Shown piece after piece: positions 29,619 to 37,626 of a stretch of 64,000 nt of DNA. The DNA comes from an uncultured Gammaproteobacteria bacterium. GTDB taxonomy: Bacteria; Patescibacteriota; Patescibacteriia; CAYZDG01. The notes beneath the pieces were generated by a model. The model was given only the letters and a program-made list of their open reading frames with translations, was not told where the DNA came from and ran no database searches. The DNA is taken from the NCBI GenBank assembly GCA_964536515.1, contig CAZHXI010000004.1, forward strand, positions 5,038 through 69,037, in the 5' to 3' direction. The position numbers and the translations under genes are program-made. The stretch's first letter is position 1; each line of letters opens with the position of its first letter.

Positions 29619-30281
29619 ATGGAGCTGATTCCCGCCATCCTCGAAACCAGCGCGGCGGGCATCCAAGCCAAGCTGGACGCGCTGTCGCACCTGCCGCACG
29701 TGCGGCTGGCGCAGATCGACGTGGCAGACGCCAGCATCACCCGGCAGAGCCTGTGGCACCAGCCGGAAGATCTACGGCAACTGCGCTGGGGCGGGCAGCT
29801 GGAGCTCCACCTGATGCAGATGTCGCCGCCGCTGGCTGCATGGCTGCTGGATAGCCGCGTGGTCCGCTGCGTGGTGCACGCCGAGGCTAGCCACCCCGAC
29901 CGTCTGCTGGCCGCCATTCGCGCCGCGGGTAGGGCAGCGGGCTTGGCACTGAATCCTTCCACGACGGTCGAGCAGGCGGCTCGGTACCTGCCCGGCGCCG
30001 ACTACGTGCTGCTGATGACGGTTGAGCCCGGTGCGCAGGGCCAGAGCTTCCATTCAGACGTGCTGCCCAAGGCCAAGGCTATTCGCCAGCTGGAGCCGGA
30101 CATTCAAATCTACGTAGACGGCGGCGTGCGGCCCGAGACCATTGGCGGCATCATCGCTGCGGGCTGCGACGGAGCAGCTGTGGGTAGCTACCTGTGGAAC
30201 ACCGAGGATGCAGCCGTGGCCTGGAAGCGACTGGAGTCTGCCGCTGCTGGCCACCGCGTCACCCCCCGGGCGCAGTGGTAG
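29619..30281 (+). CDS. rpe: Ribulose-phosphate 3-epimerase
   Basis: IDVAD, ELHLM, LMTVEPG.QGQ, VDGG, VGS. Confidence 0.9.
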   Translation: MELIPAILETSAAGIQAKLDALSHLPHVRLAQIDVADASITRQSLWHQPEDLRQLRWGGQLELHLMQMSPPLAAWLLDSRVVRCVVHAEASHPDRLLAAIRAAGRAAGLALNPSTTVEQAARYLPGADYVLLMTVEPGAQGQSFHSDVLPKAKAIRQLEPDIQIYVDGGVRPETIGGIIAAGCDGAAVGSYLWNTEDAAVAWKRLESAAAGHRVTPRAQW

Positions 30282-30365
30282 ATGGCGCTGAGCGCCACTG
30301 GTACGCACGCTGAGCGTGCGAGGCGTTGAAGGGCTTCACGAAGAATTGGTAGTCAACCTCTAACC

Positions 30366-30394
30366 TTGACGAAGCGGTGAAAAAGTGATAAAAG
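30366..30394 (+). promoter_or_regulatory. Putative sigma70 promoter of ORFan
   Basis: TTGACG-17 nt-TAAAAG with TG extension. Confidence 0.5.
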
Positions 30395-30479
30395 GCAATA
30401 TCTGGTGCAACGGCACCAACCTAAAGCCGGCGGGAATTAGTCCGGCAAAATCGTTGAAAAATTGAAAGGAAGGTCCGCG

Positions 30480-30818
30480 ATGAGCAACACCTCGCGCACC
30501 AATGCTTCCGACTCGGACAAGATGCCGACTCGCAAGCAGATAGCTGCACTGTTTAGCCAATGGGCGAAGGGCAATATCGTTACCCGATTCCGTGTATGTG
30601 TCGAGCTACTGGGGTTTCCAGCCGATAGCTTCGGAGACAAGGACCAACCAGCGCAGCTCGAAGAGATGGTCCTTGTCATCGAGCAGATGAACAAGGGAAA
30701 GGTAGACAGGGAGATGCTTCAGAATTTTCTTCGAAAACCACTGCCACCTTTTGGTGAGTTCAAAAAGGAGATACCCGACAGGACCGAGCCAGCTACACTA
30801 AGACACGAAGAATATTGA
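30480..30818 (+). CDS. Hypothetical protein (lower GC)
   Basis: [11 protein letters not shown] before ATG; own promoter and terminator. Confidence 0.65.
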   Translation: MSNTSRTNASDSDKMPTRKQIAALFSQWAKGNIVTRFRVCVELLGFPADSFGDKDQPAQLEEMVLVIEQMNKGKVDREMLQNFLRKPLPPFGEFKKEIPDRTEPATLRHEEY

Positions 30819-30867
30819 TAGGATAAAGGAGGTATTTACTGTTTAGATTTCCTCCACCCTCAACTTA

Positions 30868-30899
30868 GACCCCCGGAAAATTCCGGGGGTCATTTTTTT
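30868..30899. terminator. Terminator between convergent ORFans
   Basis: GACCCCCGGAA-AA-TTCCGGGGGTC followed by ATTTTTTT. Confidence 0.8.
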
Positions 30900-31192
30900 G
30901 GTGCCAAGCTCAGGCAGCTGTTGCCCAGGCGAATTGGGGGCAGGTTGTAGCCGAGCTTGCAGAGGTCTAGCAGGGATCCGATGAGCTCATCGAGCTGCAG
31001 GAAGACGGGTTCATCTGGTAGCGCCTGGACCAGGTAAGCCTCGGCAATGACCGGCGTCCCAGTGGGGAGTGTTGAAGTTTCTACCACCCCGTACCCGAGC
31101 TTGCGGACGCTCTTCAGTAGCTCACGGCCACCTTCCTCTTCTAGTAGGACGGTACTGGGTGACCCAGATGAACGCCAAACCTTTCTCTTCAT
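30890..31192 (-). CDS. Hypothetical protein
   Basis: [11 protein letters not shown] upstream of ATG; no family recognised. Confidence 0.55.
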   Translation of the reverse strand: MKRKVWRSSGSPSTVLLEEEGGRELLKSVRKLGYGVVETSTLPTGTPVIAEAYLVQALPDEPVFLQLDELIGSLLDLCKLGYNLPPIRLGNSCLSLAPKK

Positions 31193-31278
31193 ACGTTTCT
31201 CCTTTCCAATGAGCGAGCGATTGGCTGCACGTTATATCCGTTCGTGCGTAGCGGCAAGATGGACGGTATACTGGCGCC

Positions 31279-32133
31279 ATGGAGCAGACGCCGAACATCG
31301 CTGAGCTCGCCCAGGTTGCGAACCGGGTGAGGCAGGACATTATCGAGATGCTGGTGGCGGCTGGCTCCGGCCACTCGGCGGGCCCGCTGGGTATGGCCGA
31401 CGTGTTCGTTGCCCTGTACGGCGGCGTGCTGAACGTAGACCCCAAGAATCCAACGGCGCCAGACCGTGACCGCGTGGTGCTATCCAACGCCCACATCTGC
31501 CCGGTGCTGTACGCCACGCTGGCCCGATTCGGCTTCTTCCCGCCCGACGAGCTACGTACGCTGCGGCGCTTCGGCAGCCGTCTAGCTGGCCACTCCAACA
31601 ACCACGGGCTGCCGGGCGTAGAGACGAGCGGAGGACCGCTGGGGCAGGGGCTGTCGCAGGCCTGCGGCATGGCCTTGGCGGCGCGGCTGGACGGCGCACG
31701 CTGGCGCACCTACTGCCTAATGTCCGACGGCGAGCACGACGAGGGCCAGGTTTGGGAGGCGTACGGGTTCGGCGCGGCGCACCGGCTGCATACGCTCACC
31801 GCGCTCATCGACCGTAATAACATTCAGATAGACGGCCGCACCGAGGACGTGATGCCGCTGGAAAATTTCCGCGCCAAGCTGGAGTCGTTCAACTGGCACG
31901 TGCTGGAGGTAGACGGCCACAACATCCAGGCGATCATAGATGCCTGCAGGCAGGCGGAGGCGATCACGGAACGGCCGAGCGCCATTATCTGCCACACCGT
32001 GCCGGGCAAGGGCGTAGACTTCATGGAGAATAAATTCGAGTGGCACGGCAAGCCGCCCACTGCAGACGAGGCCAAGCTGGCGCTGGCTGAGCTGCGGAGC
32101 CTGGGCGGCCGAATAACTGGAGAGCACCAGTAG
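31279..32133 (+). CDS. Transketolase, N-terminal (TPP-binding) subunit
   Basis: AGSGH, DRDRVVLSNAH, GPLGQG, SDGEHDEGQVWE, WHGK. Confidence 0.95.
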   Translation: MEQTPNIAELAQVANRVRQDIIEMLVAAGSGHSAGPLGMADVFVALYGGVLNVDPKNPTAPDRDRVVLSNAHICPVLYATLARFGFFPPDELRTLRRFGSRLAGHSNNHGLPGVETSGGPLGQGLSQACGMALAARLDGARWRTYCLMSDGEHDEGQVWEAYGFGAAHRLHTLTALIDRNNIQIDGRTEDVMPLENFRAKLESFNWHVLEVDGHNIQAIIDACRQAEAITERPSAIICHTVPGKGVDFMENKFEWHGKPPTADEAKLALAELRSLGGRITGEHQ

Positions 32134-32151
32134 AAATATGTACAACCCTCT

Positions 32152-32235
32152 CTACTCATTGCGAGCGCAGCGAAGCGATCTCGTTCTTGAAGTGAGGGGA
32201 TTGCTTCGGTCGCTACGCTCCCTCGCAATGAGTAG
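32152..32235. repeat. Multi-stem palindromic repeat (TCATTGCGAG...CTCGCAATGA type)
   Basis: Outer arms CTACTCATTGCGAG/CTCGCAATGAGTAG; inner arms CGAAGCGATC/GATTGCTTCG. Confidence 0.75.
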
Positions 32236-32243
32236 GTAATCGT

Positions 32244-33218
32244 ATGGCTACTTCGCTTCACCACACCCTGTACAGCGAGCAGCCCGAGACGGGCGCCACG
32301 CGCGACGGCTATGGTTTGGGCGTGGTCCAGGCTGGCGAGAAGGACGGCAACGTCGTCGTGCTCTGCTGCGACCTAACAGACTCCACCAAGTCAGACGCAT
32401 TCAAGAAGAAGTTCCCCCAGCGATTCTTCCAGGTCGGCGTGGCCGAGCAGAACATGGCCGGCATCGCCGCCGGTTTGGCGCTCAGCGGCAAGGTTCCGTT
32501 CATTGCTAGCTACGCCGTGTTCTCGCCGGGCAGGAACTGGGACCAGCTGCGCGTATCCGTCTGCTACTCCAATGCGAACGTAAAGATTATGGGTGCGCAC
32601 GCCGGCATCTCGGTGGGGCCAGACGGGGCCACGCACCAGGCCCTGGAGGACATTGCCATCACCCGCGTGCTGCCGGGAATGACGGTGCTCGTCCCCTGCG
32701 ACGTAGAGGAGACGCGCAAGGCAGTCCTCGCCGCTGCCGCTCACAACGGCCCCGTGTACATTCGCTTCGGTCGCGAGAAGACGCCGCTGGTTACGGTGCC
32801 CGAGACGCCGTTCGAGATCGGCAAGGCACAGGTGCTGCGTGACGGTACGGATGTGGCGATCATCGCCTGCGGCAGCATGGTCTACCATGCGCTTGCAGCA
32901 GCTCGTCAGCTTGAGGCGAAGAACATCAGCGTAGCGGTAGTGAACGCTGCCAGCGTTAAGCCGTTGGATGAAGAGACGATCGCGTCTATCGCTGCCAAGT
33001 GCGGCGCAGTGGTAACGGCCGAGGAGCACCAAATCACCGGCGGCTTGGGCGAAGCTGTTGCCGGCGCTCTGTCGCGCCGCCACCCGGTACCGATTGAGTT
33101 CGTTGGTATGCCCAACAGCTTCGGCGAGAGCGGCAAGCCGGGCGAGCTCATCGCCAAGTACGGGATGGATACGGCGGCGGTCGTGGCGGCGGTGGAGGCA
33201 TCTCTTAAGAGAAAGTAA
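32244..33218 (+). CDS. Transketolase, C-terminal subunit
   Basis: GVAEQNM, GPDGATHQALED, EEH..GGLG. Confidence 0.95.
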   Translation: MATSLHHTLYSEQPETGATRDGYGLGVVQAGEKDGNVVVLCCDLTDSTKSDAFKKKFPQRFFQVGVAEQNMAGIAAGLALSGKVPFIASYAVFSPGRNWDQLRVSVCYSNANVKIMGAHAGISVGPDGATHQALEDIAITRVLPGMTVLVPCDVEETRKAVLAAAAHNGPVYIRFGREKTPLVTVPETPFEIGKAQVLRDGTDVAIIACGSMVYHALAAARQLEAKNISVAVVNAASVKPLDEETIASIAAKCGAVVTAEEHQITGGLGEAVAGALSRRHPVPIEFVGMPNSFGESGKPGELIAKYGMDTAAVVAAVEASLKRK

Positions 33219-33241
33219 AAGCCCGCTATGCAGCGGGCTTT
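33217..33241. terminator. Bidirectional terminator
   Basis: AAAGCCCGCT-ATGC-AGCGGGCTTT. Confidence 0.75.
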
Positions 33242-33257
33242 GTAACGAAATAACGTT

Positions 33258-33770
33258 TCACTTCGTGGCGTTTTGATGCGGAGGAAAGATCGTAGTGGTA
33301 TCCGAGTCGGTTACGGTAATGTGGATTTCGTGGTTCGGGAACAGGGGTCCCAGGATTGCGTGAATAGAGTCGGCTGTTACGAGCGGGTGGACCCCGTCGA
33401 CCTGGAAGTTCAATTCCAGAGCTCGACCGTCTTTCACCATATCTAAGGGGTGGTCAATGTTTATTTTTGCGTCAAAACGGAGGATCTTCTCAACCGCAAC
33501 TCCATCAGATTCGGCTTCCCGTAGAATGGGATAACTGTGGCCGGAGTGATGCGCACGTATCAGCAATCGGGTTCCGGTACCCGGCTCACCCTTTGGGTAA
33601 ATAAGGAATATGCTGGTACGGCGTTTGCCGTGTCGTATCGTGGGTGATTTGTAAGCCGCGAAGGACGCGTGATCGGTTATCGGCGTAGCCCCCACACCGA
33701 TGGTGGCTCCGCTCAAATCCGTTTCGGGCGGCAGCAGTTTAAATGGGACTAGTGCTTTCGATTCTGGCAT
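33258..33770 (-). CDS. Hypothetical protein (lower GC)
   Basis: SD AAGGAG 9 nt before ATG at 33770; fills the intergenic space. Confidence 0.65.
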   Translation of the reverse strand: MPESKALVPFKLLPPETDLSGATIGVGATPITDHASFAAYKSPTIRHGKRRTSIFLIYPKGEPGTGTRLLIRAHHSGHSYPILREAESDGVAVEKILRFDAKINIDHPLDMVKDGRALELNFQVDGVHPLVTADSIHAILGPLFPNHEIHITVTDSDTTTIFPPHQNATK

Positions 33771-33884
33771 GGCTACGGACTCCTTTTTCAATATGCAATC
33801 GGTTATCTACGTTAACCAACGTCGGTACCCTAAGCGCTCGGGTTTGCTGCGTCAAGCGTTCGGAGACGTGGTAGAATTTCTCCT

Positions 33885-34886
33885 ATGGTAACTAAGAAGA
33901 GGGCCGCTTGGGATGTGCTAACAATCGGCGATGCCACGCTGGATATCTTCCTGCGCATCGACCAAGCCACTACGGACTGTAGGCTAGACACCAAGCAGTG
34001 CGAACTGTGCCTGTCGTACGCCGATAAGGTTCCGGTGGAGTCTATCCACCGCGTGGTCGGCGGCAATGCGGCTAATGCTGCGGTCGGCTCCAGCCGCCTG
34101 GGGCTGAAGGCGGCAATGTTCGGTGTTACGGGCAGCGACGAGGTAGCGCAGATGATAAAGAAGACGCTGAAGGCCGAGGGCGTAGACACGTCGCAGCTGA
34201 CCATGGCCAAGGGCCAGGTGGCGAACACGTCCGTGGTGCTGTGGCACAAGGAGGAGCGGACCATCCTCATCTACCATGAGCCGCGTACATACCGCTGGCC
34301 CGCCAAGCTGCCGGCTGCTCGCTACGTCTACTTCACGTCCATGCGGAAGGGTTTCGAGAAGTTCCACCCGCAGCTGCTGGCCTACCTCCACCGCACCGAG
34401 GCCAAGCTGGTATTCCAGCCCGGTACATTCCAGCTCGCGCTGGGGCTGAATAAGCTCAAGCCGCTCATTGCCGCCAGCGAACTATTCGTGGTCAACCGCG
34501 AGGAGGCGGCGGGGCTGCTGGGCGTGCCCGTCGCCACCAGCGTGCCCCAGCTCCTGGGGCAGCTCACCCAGTTCGGGGCCAGGTACGTTAGCATCACCGA
34601 TGGCCAGAAGGGTTCGTGGGGCTGCGATGGCACCAAGTGCTACCAGGTACCGCTGTTCCCCGGAGAGCGCATCGAGGCAACCGGCGCCGGCGACGCCTAC
34701 GCCACCGCGGCAATGGCAGCGCTGGCGAACGGCAAGACGTACGCCGAGGCTCTGGCATGGGGTCCGGTAAATTCTGCCAACGTCATCCAGCACATTGGGC
34801 CGCAGGCAGGATTGCTCACGCGTGCCCAGCTGGAGGGACGCATTGCCAAGAATAGGCGCTACCGCGTCGTCGCCCGGTCGCTGTAG
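33885..34886 (+). CDS. PfkB/ribokinase-family carbohydrate kinase
   Basis: GGNAANAAVG..RLG, N.EEA, EATGAGDA. Confidence 0.93.
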   Translation: MVTKKRAAWDVLTIGDATLDIFLRIDQATTDCRLDTKQCELCLSYADKVPVESIHRVVGGNAANAAVGSSRLGLKAAMFGVTGSDEVAQMIKKTLKAEGVDTSQLTMAKGQVANTSVVLWHKEERTILIYHEPRTYRWPAKLPAARYVYFTSMRKGFEKFHPQLLAYLHRTEAKLVFQPGTFQLALGLNKLKPLIAASELFVVNREEAAGLLGVPVATSVPQLLGQLTQFGARYVSITDGQKGSWGCDGTKCYQVPLFPGERIEATGAGDAYATAAMAALANGKTYAEALAWGPVNSANVIQHIGPQAGLLTRAQLEGRIAKNRRYRVVARSL

Positions 34887-34888
34887 CT

Positions 34889-35803
34889 ATGCTAGCCAAC
34901 GGAAAGCCAATTCTCGTAGCCGCGCGCAAGGGTGGATACGCCATTGGCGCATTCAACTTCAGCAACCTTGAGCAGCTGCAGGCGATCGTAGAAGCGGCGG
35001 AGGCCGAGAAGTCCCCGGTGTTCGTCAGCACATCGGAGGGCGCAATTCAGTACGCCACCATGCCCCAGCTCGTTGCCATGGCGCACACCGCAGCCAAGGC
35101 TGCGCGCGTTCCCGTGGTGCTGCACCTCGACCACGGCAAAGATCCCGACATCGTTAAGCTCGCCATTAAGAGCGGCTACACGTCCGTGATGTTCGATGGC
35201 TCCAGCCGGCCGTACGGCCAGAATCTTACATTGACCAAGCAGCTGGCGCAGCTGGCCCACCGCCGCAAGATTCCGCTGGAGGCGGAATTGGGTGTCCTGC
35301 GTGGTATCGAGGATACGGTCAGCGCCAGCGAGAATGTGTTGACCGATCCGGCGCAGGTTAAGGAATTCGTCCGCGCCACGGGGTGCGACAGCATTGCCGT
35401 AGCCATTGGCACAAGCCACGGCGTGCACAAGTTCAAGGGTATGGCACACCTAGACTTCCAGCGTCTGCGAGAGATTGCGGCGCAGGTTACGCTGCCCATC
35501 GTGCTCCACGGCGCCAGCGGCGTGCTGCCGAACCTGGTTGCAGAGGCTAAATCCTACGGCGCCGAATTGGGCGAGGCGCACGGCGTAGACGACCAATCGA
35601 TCCTGAATGCCGTTAAGCTGGGCGTGGCCAAGGTGAACATAGACTCTGACCTACGTCTGGCGTTCATCGACGCCGTGCGAAAGGTTATTAAGACCTCGCC
35701 CGAGACGTTCGACCCGCGGCACATCCTGGGACCAGCCAAGGATTTAATGACCCAGGTGGTGCGCCAGAAGATGCACCTGTTCGGGTCTTCGGGCCGGGCG
35801 TAG
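34889..35803 (+). CDS. fba: Class II fructose-bisphosphate aldolase
   Basis: LHLDHG, SVMFDGS, EAELG, GTSHG, LHGAS, KVNIDSD. Confidence 0.95.
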   Translation: MLANGKPILVAARKGGYAIGAFNFSNLEQLQAIVEAAEAEKSPVFVSTSEGAIQYATMPQLVAMAHTAAKAARVPVVLHLDHGKDPDIVKLAIKSGYTSVMFDGSSRPYGQNLTLTKQLAQLAHRRKIPLEAELGVLRGIEDTVSASENVLTDPAQVKEFVRATGCDSIAVAIGTSHGVHKFKGMAHLDFQRLREIAAQVTLPIVLHGASGVLPNLVAEAKSYGAELGEAHGVDDQSILNAVKLGVAKVNIDSDLRLAFIDAVRKVIKTSPETFDPRHILGPAKDLMTQVVRQKMHLFGSSGRA

Positions 35804-35826
35804 GGGCGCATTGCAAGGCGCCCCCC
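35800..35826. repeat. Degenerate GTAG-type REP containing the fba stop codon
   Basis: GTAGGGGCGCATTGCAAGGCGCCCC. Confidence 0.6.
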
Positions 35827-35866
35827 GGGGGCGGTATCATGAGGTTCTACCAATAAATCTTTTCCT

Positions 35867-36187
35867 ATGCCCGCAACCCACTTCTCCGAGGCTGACTTCA
35901 AGGCCAAGGTGCTTCAGTCCGATAAGCCCGTAGTCGTAGATTTCTACGCCGACTGGTGCGGCCCCTGCCGAGCCATGGCCCCGATTATCGAGGAGCTGGC
36001 GCACGAGCTGAACGGCAGCGCGGTAGTGGGTAAGCTAGACGTAGACGCCAGCCAGGCGCTGGCCGAGCAGTACCAGGTCATGAGCATTCCCACCGTCATC
36101 GTATTCAAGGGTGGCCAGCCGGTGCACCGCTTCAGCGGCGTGCAGAACAAGGCGACGATCCTAGAGAAGGTAAGGGCGCTGGTGTAG
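35867..36187 (+). CDS. trxA: Thioredoxin
   Basis: WCGPC active site, SIPT. Confidence 0.97.
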   Translation: MPATHFSEADFKAKVLQSDKPVVVDFYADWCGPCRAMAPIIEELAHELNGSAVVGKLDVDASQALAEQYQVMSIPTVIVFKGGQPVHRFSGVQNKATILEKVRALV

Positions 36188-36251
36188 AGACGCCGCCCGA
36201 AAAACAAAACCACAAAAGTAATTCGCCACACCCCGCCGCCGCAGAGAAGCT

Positions 36252-37505
36252 ATGCCGACACCCCTCGCTAGCGCCACGGCGCAGCTGCGGGAATCGGCGG
36301 CGCTCGTCGGCGTTGGCGGCGACGAGCTGCGGCGCCTGGCGGCGCCGGTTCGCGTCCTAGAATCTACCCTCCACGTCCGGCGTGACGATGGATCGTGGCT
36401 GCACCTGCCCGCCTACAGGGTGCAGCACAGCGATGCGCGTGGGCCGTTCAAGGGCGGCATTCGCTTCCACCCCAGCGTCAACCTGAACGAGGTCCGTGCC
36501 CTGGCGATGTGGATGGCTATTAAGTGTGCGGTCGTCGGCGTTCCGTTCGGCGGCGGCAAGGGCGGCGTAGCGGTGGACCCCAAGAGGCTCTCGTCAGCGG
36601 AGCTGGAGCGGGTCTCGCGAGCGTGGGTACGTGCCTTCGTTGGCTACCTGGGGCAAGACATTGATGTGCCCGCGCCAGACGTGGGCACTACTCCGCAGGT
36701 AATGGCCTGGATGCTAGATGAGTACGAGCACCTGGCTGGCCGGCACGAGCCCGGCTTCATTACCGGCAAGCCCATCGGGCTGGGCGGCAGCTTGGGGCGT
36801 GATACAGCTACGGCGCAGGGGGCGATGTATGTGCTCGACGCTGCCCGCGAGCACCTGCGCATTAGGCCCGGCGGCACCGTTGCCGTGCAGGGCTTCGGCA
36901 ATGCCGGCAGCCACATTGCGTCGATCTTGGCAGCTGCGGGCTACCGCGTGGTGGCGATCTCCGACTCCGCTGGAGGGGTCCGCGTAGGACGCGGTACGGG
37001 GGTTGCACGTGGAACCCTAGATCTAACGGCATTGGCAGCACACAAGGAGGCAGCTGGGCGGGTGCAGGGTTTGGCGGGGACCGAGCCCATTCGTAACAGC
37101 CAGCTGCTGACCACGCCCGTGGATCTGCTGGTGCTGGCAGCGTTCGAGAGCCAGGTAACTAAGGCAAATGCGAGCCGGGTCCGTGCAAAAGCCATACTCG
37201 AGCTGGCGAATGGCCCGGTTTCGGCCGATGCAGAGCCCTCTCTGCTCCGCCGGGGCATCCACGTCATCCCCGATGTTCTCGCTAACGCCGGAGGTGTAGC
37301 TACGTCGTACTTCGAGTGGGTACAGAATCGTGAAGGGCGCTACTGGAAGGCTGCCGAAGTGCAGGAAAAGCTTAGGGAAATAATGGGTAACGCTACCCGC
37401 GATGTCGTGGAGCTAGCCAAGCGGCAGAAGATTAGCCTACGGAGCGCGGCTTTCTCTCTCGCCGTCGCTCGAATTGCCGAGGCTGAGGTTGCTAGGGGCA
37501 AGTAG
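36252..37505 (+). CDS. gdhA: Glu/Leu/Phe/Val dehydrogenase, probably glutamate dehydrogenase
   Basis: GPFKGGIRFHP, GGGKGG, DVPAPD, QGFGN, NAGGV..SYFEWVQN. Confidence 0.93.
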   Translation: MPTPLASATAQLRESAALVGVGGDELRRLAAPVRVLESTLHVRRDDGSWLHLPAYRVQHSDARGPFKGGIRFHPSVNLNEVRALAMWMAIKCAVVGVPFGGGKGGVAVDPKRLSSAELERVSRAWVRAFVGYLGQDIDVPAPDVGTTPQVMAWMLDEYEHLAGRHEPGFITGKPIGLGGSLGRDTATAQGAMYVLDAAREHLRIRPGGTVAVQGFGNAGSHIASILAAAGYRVVAISDSAGGVRVGRGTGVARGTLDLTALAAHKEAAGRVQGLAGTEPIRNSQLLTTPVDLLVLAAFESQVTKANASRVRAKAILELANGPVSADAEPSLLRRGIHVIPDVLANAGGVATSYFEWVQNREGRYWKAAEVQEKLREIMGNATRDVVELAKRQKISLRSAAFSLAVARIAEAEVARGK

Positions 37506-37555
37506 GGGCGTCGCGATGCAAGTAGAGACGTTGCATTGCAACGTCTCTACTTGCA
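37502..37555. repeat. Compound GTAG-type REP (half-site over the gdhA stop plus a full palindrome)
   Basis: GTAGGGGCG... then TGCAA-GTAGAGACGTTGCA-T-TGCAACGTCTCTAC-TTGCA. Confidence 0.85.
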
Positions 37556-37626
37556 AACACCGCAGAAAGCTGCTATAGTATTTAGGTATGTACTCGACCG
37601 AATAGCCGCGGTCGGACGTTTCTGCT

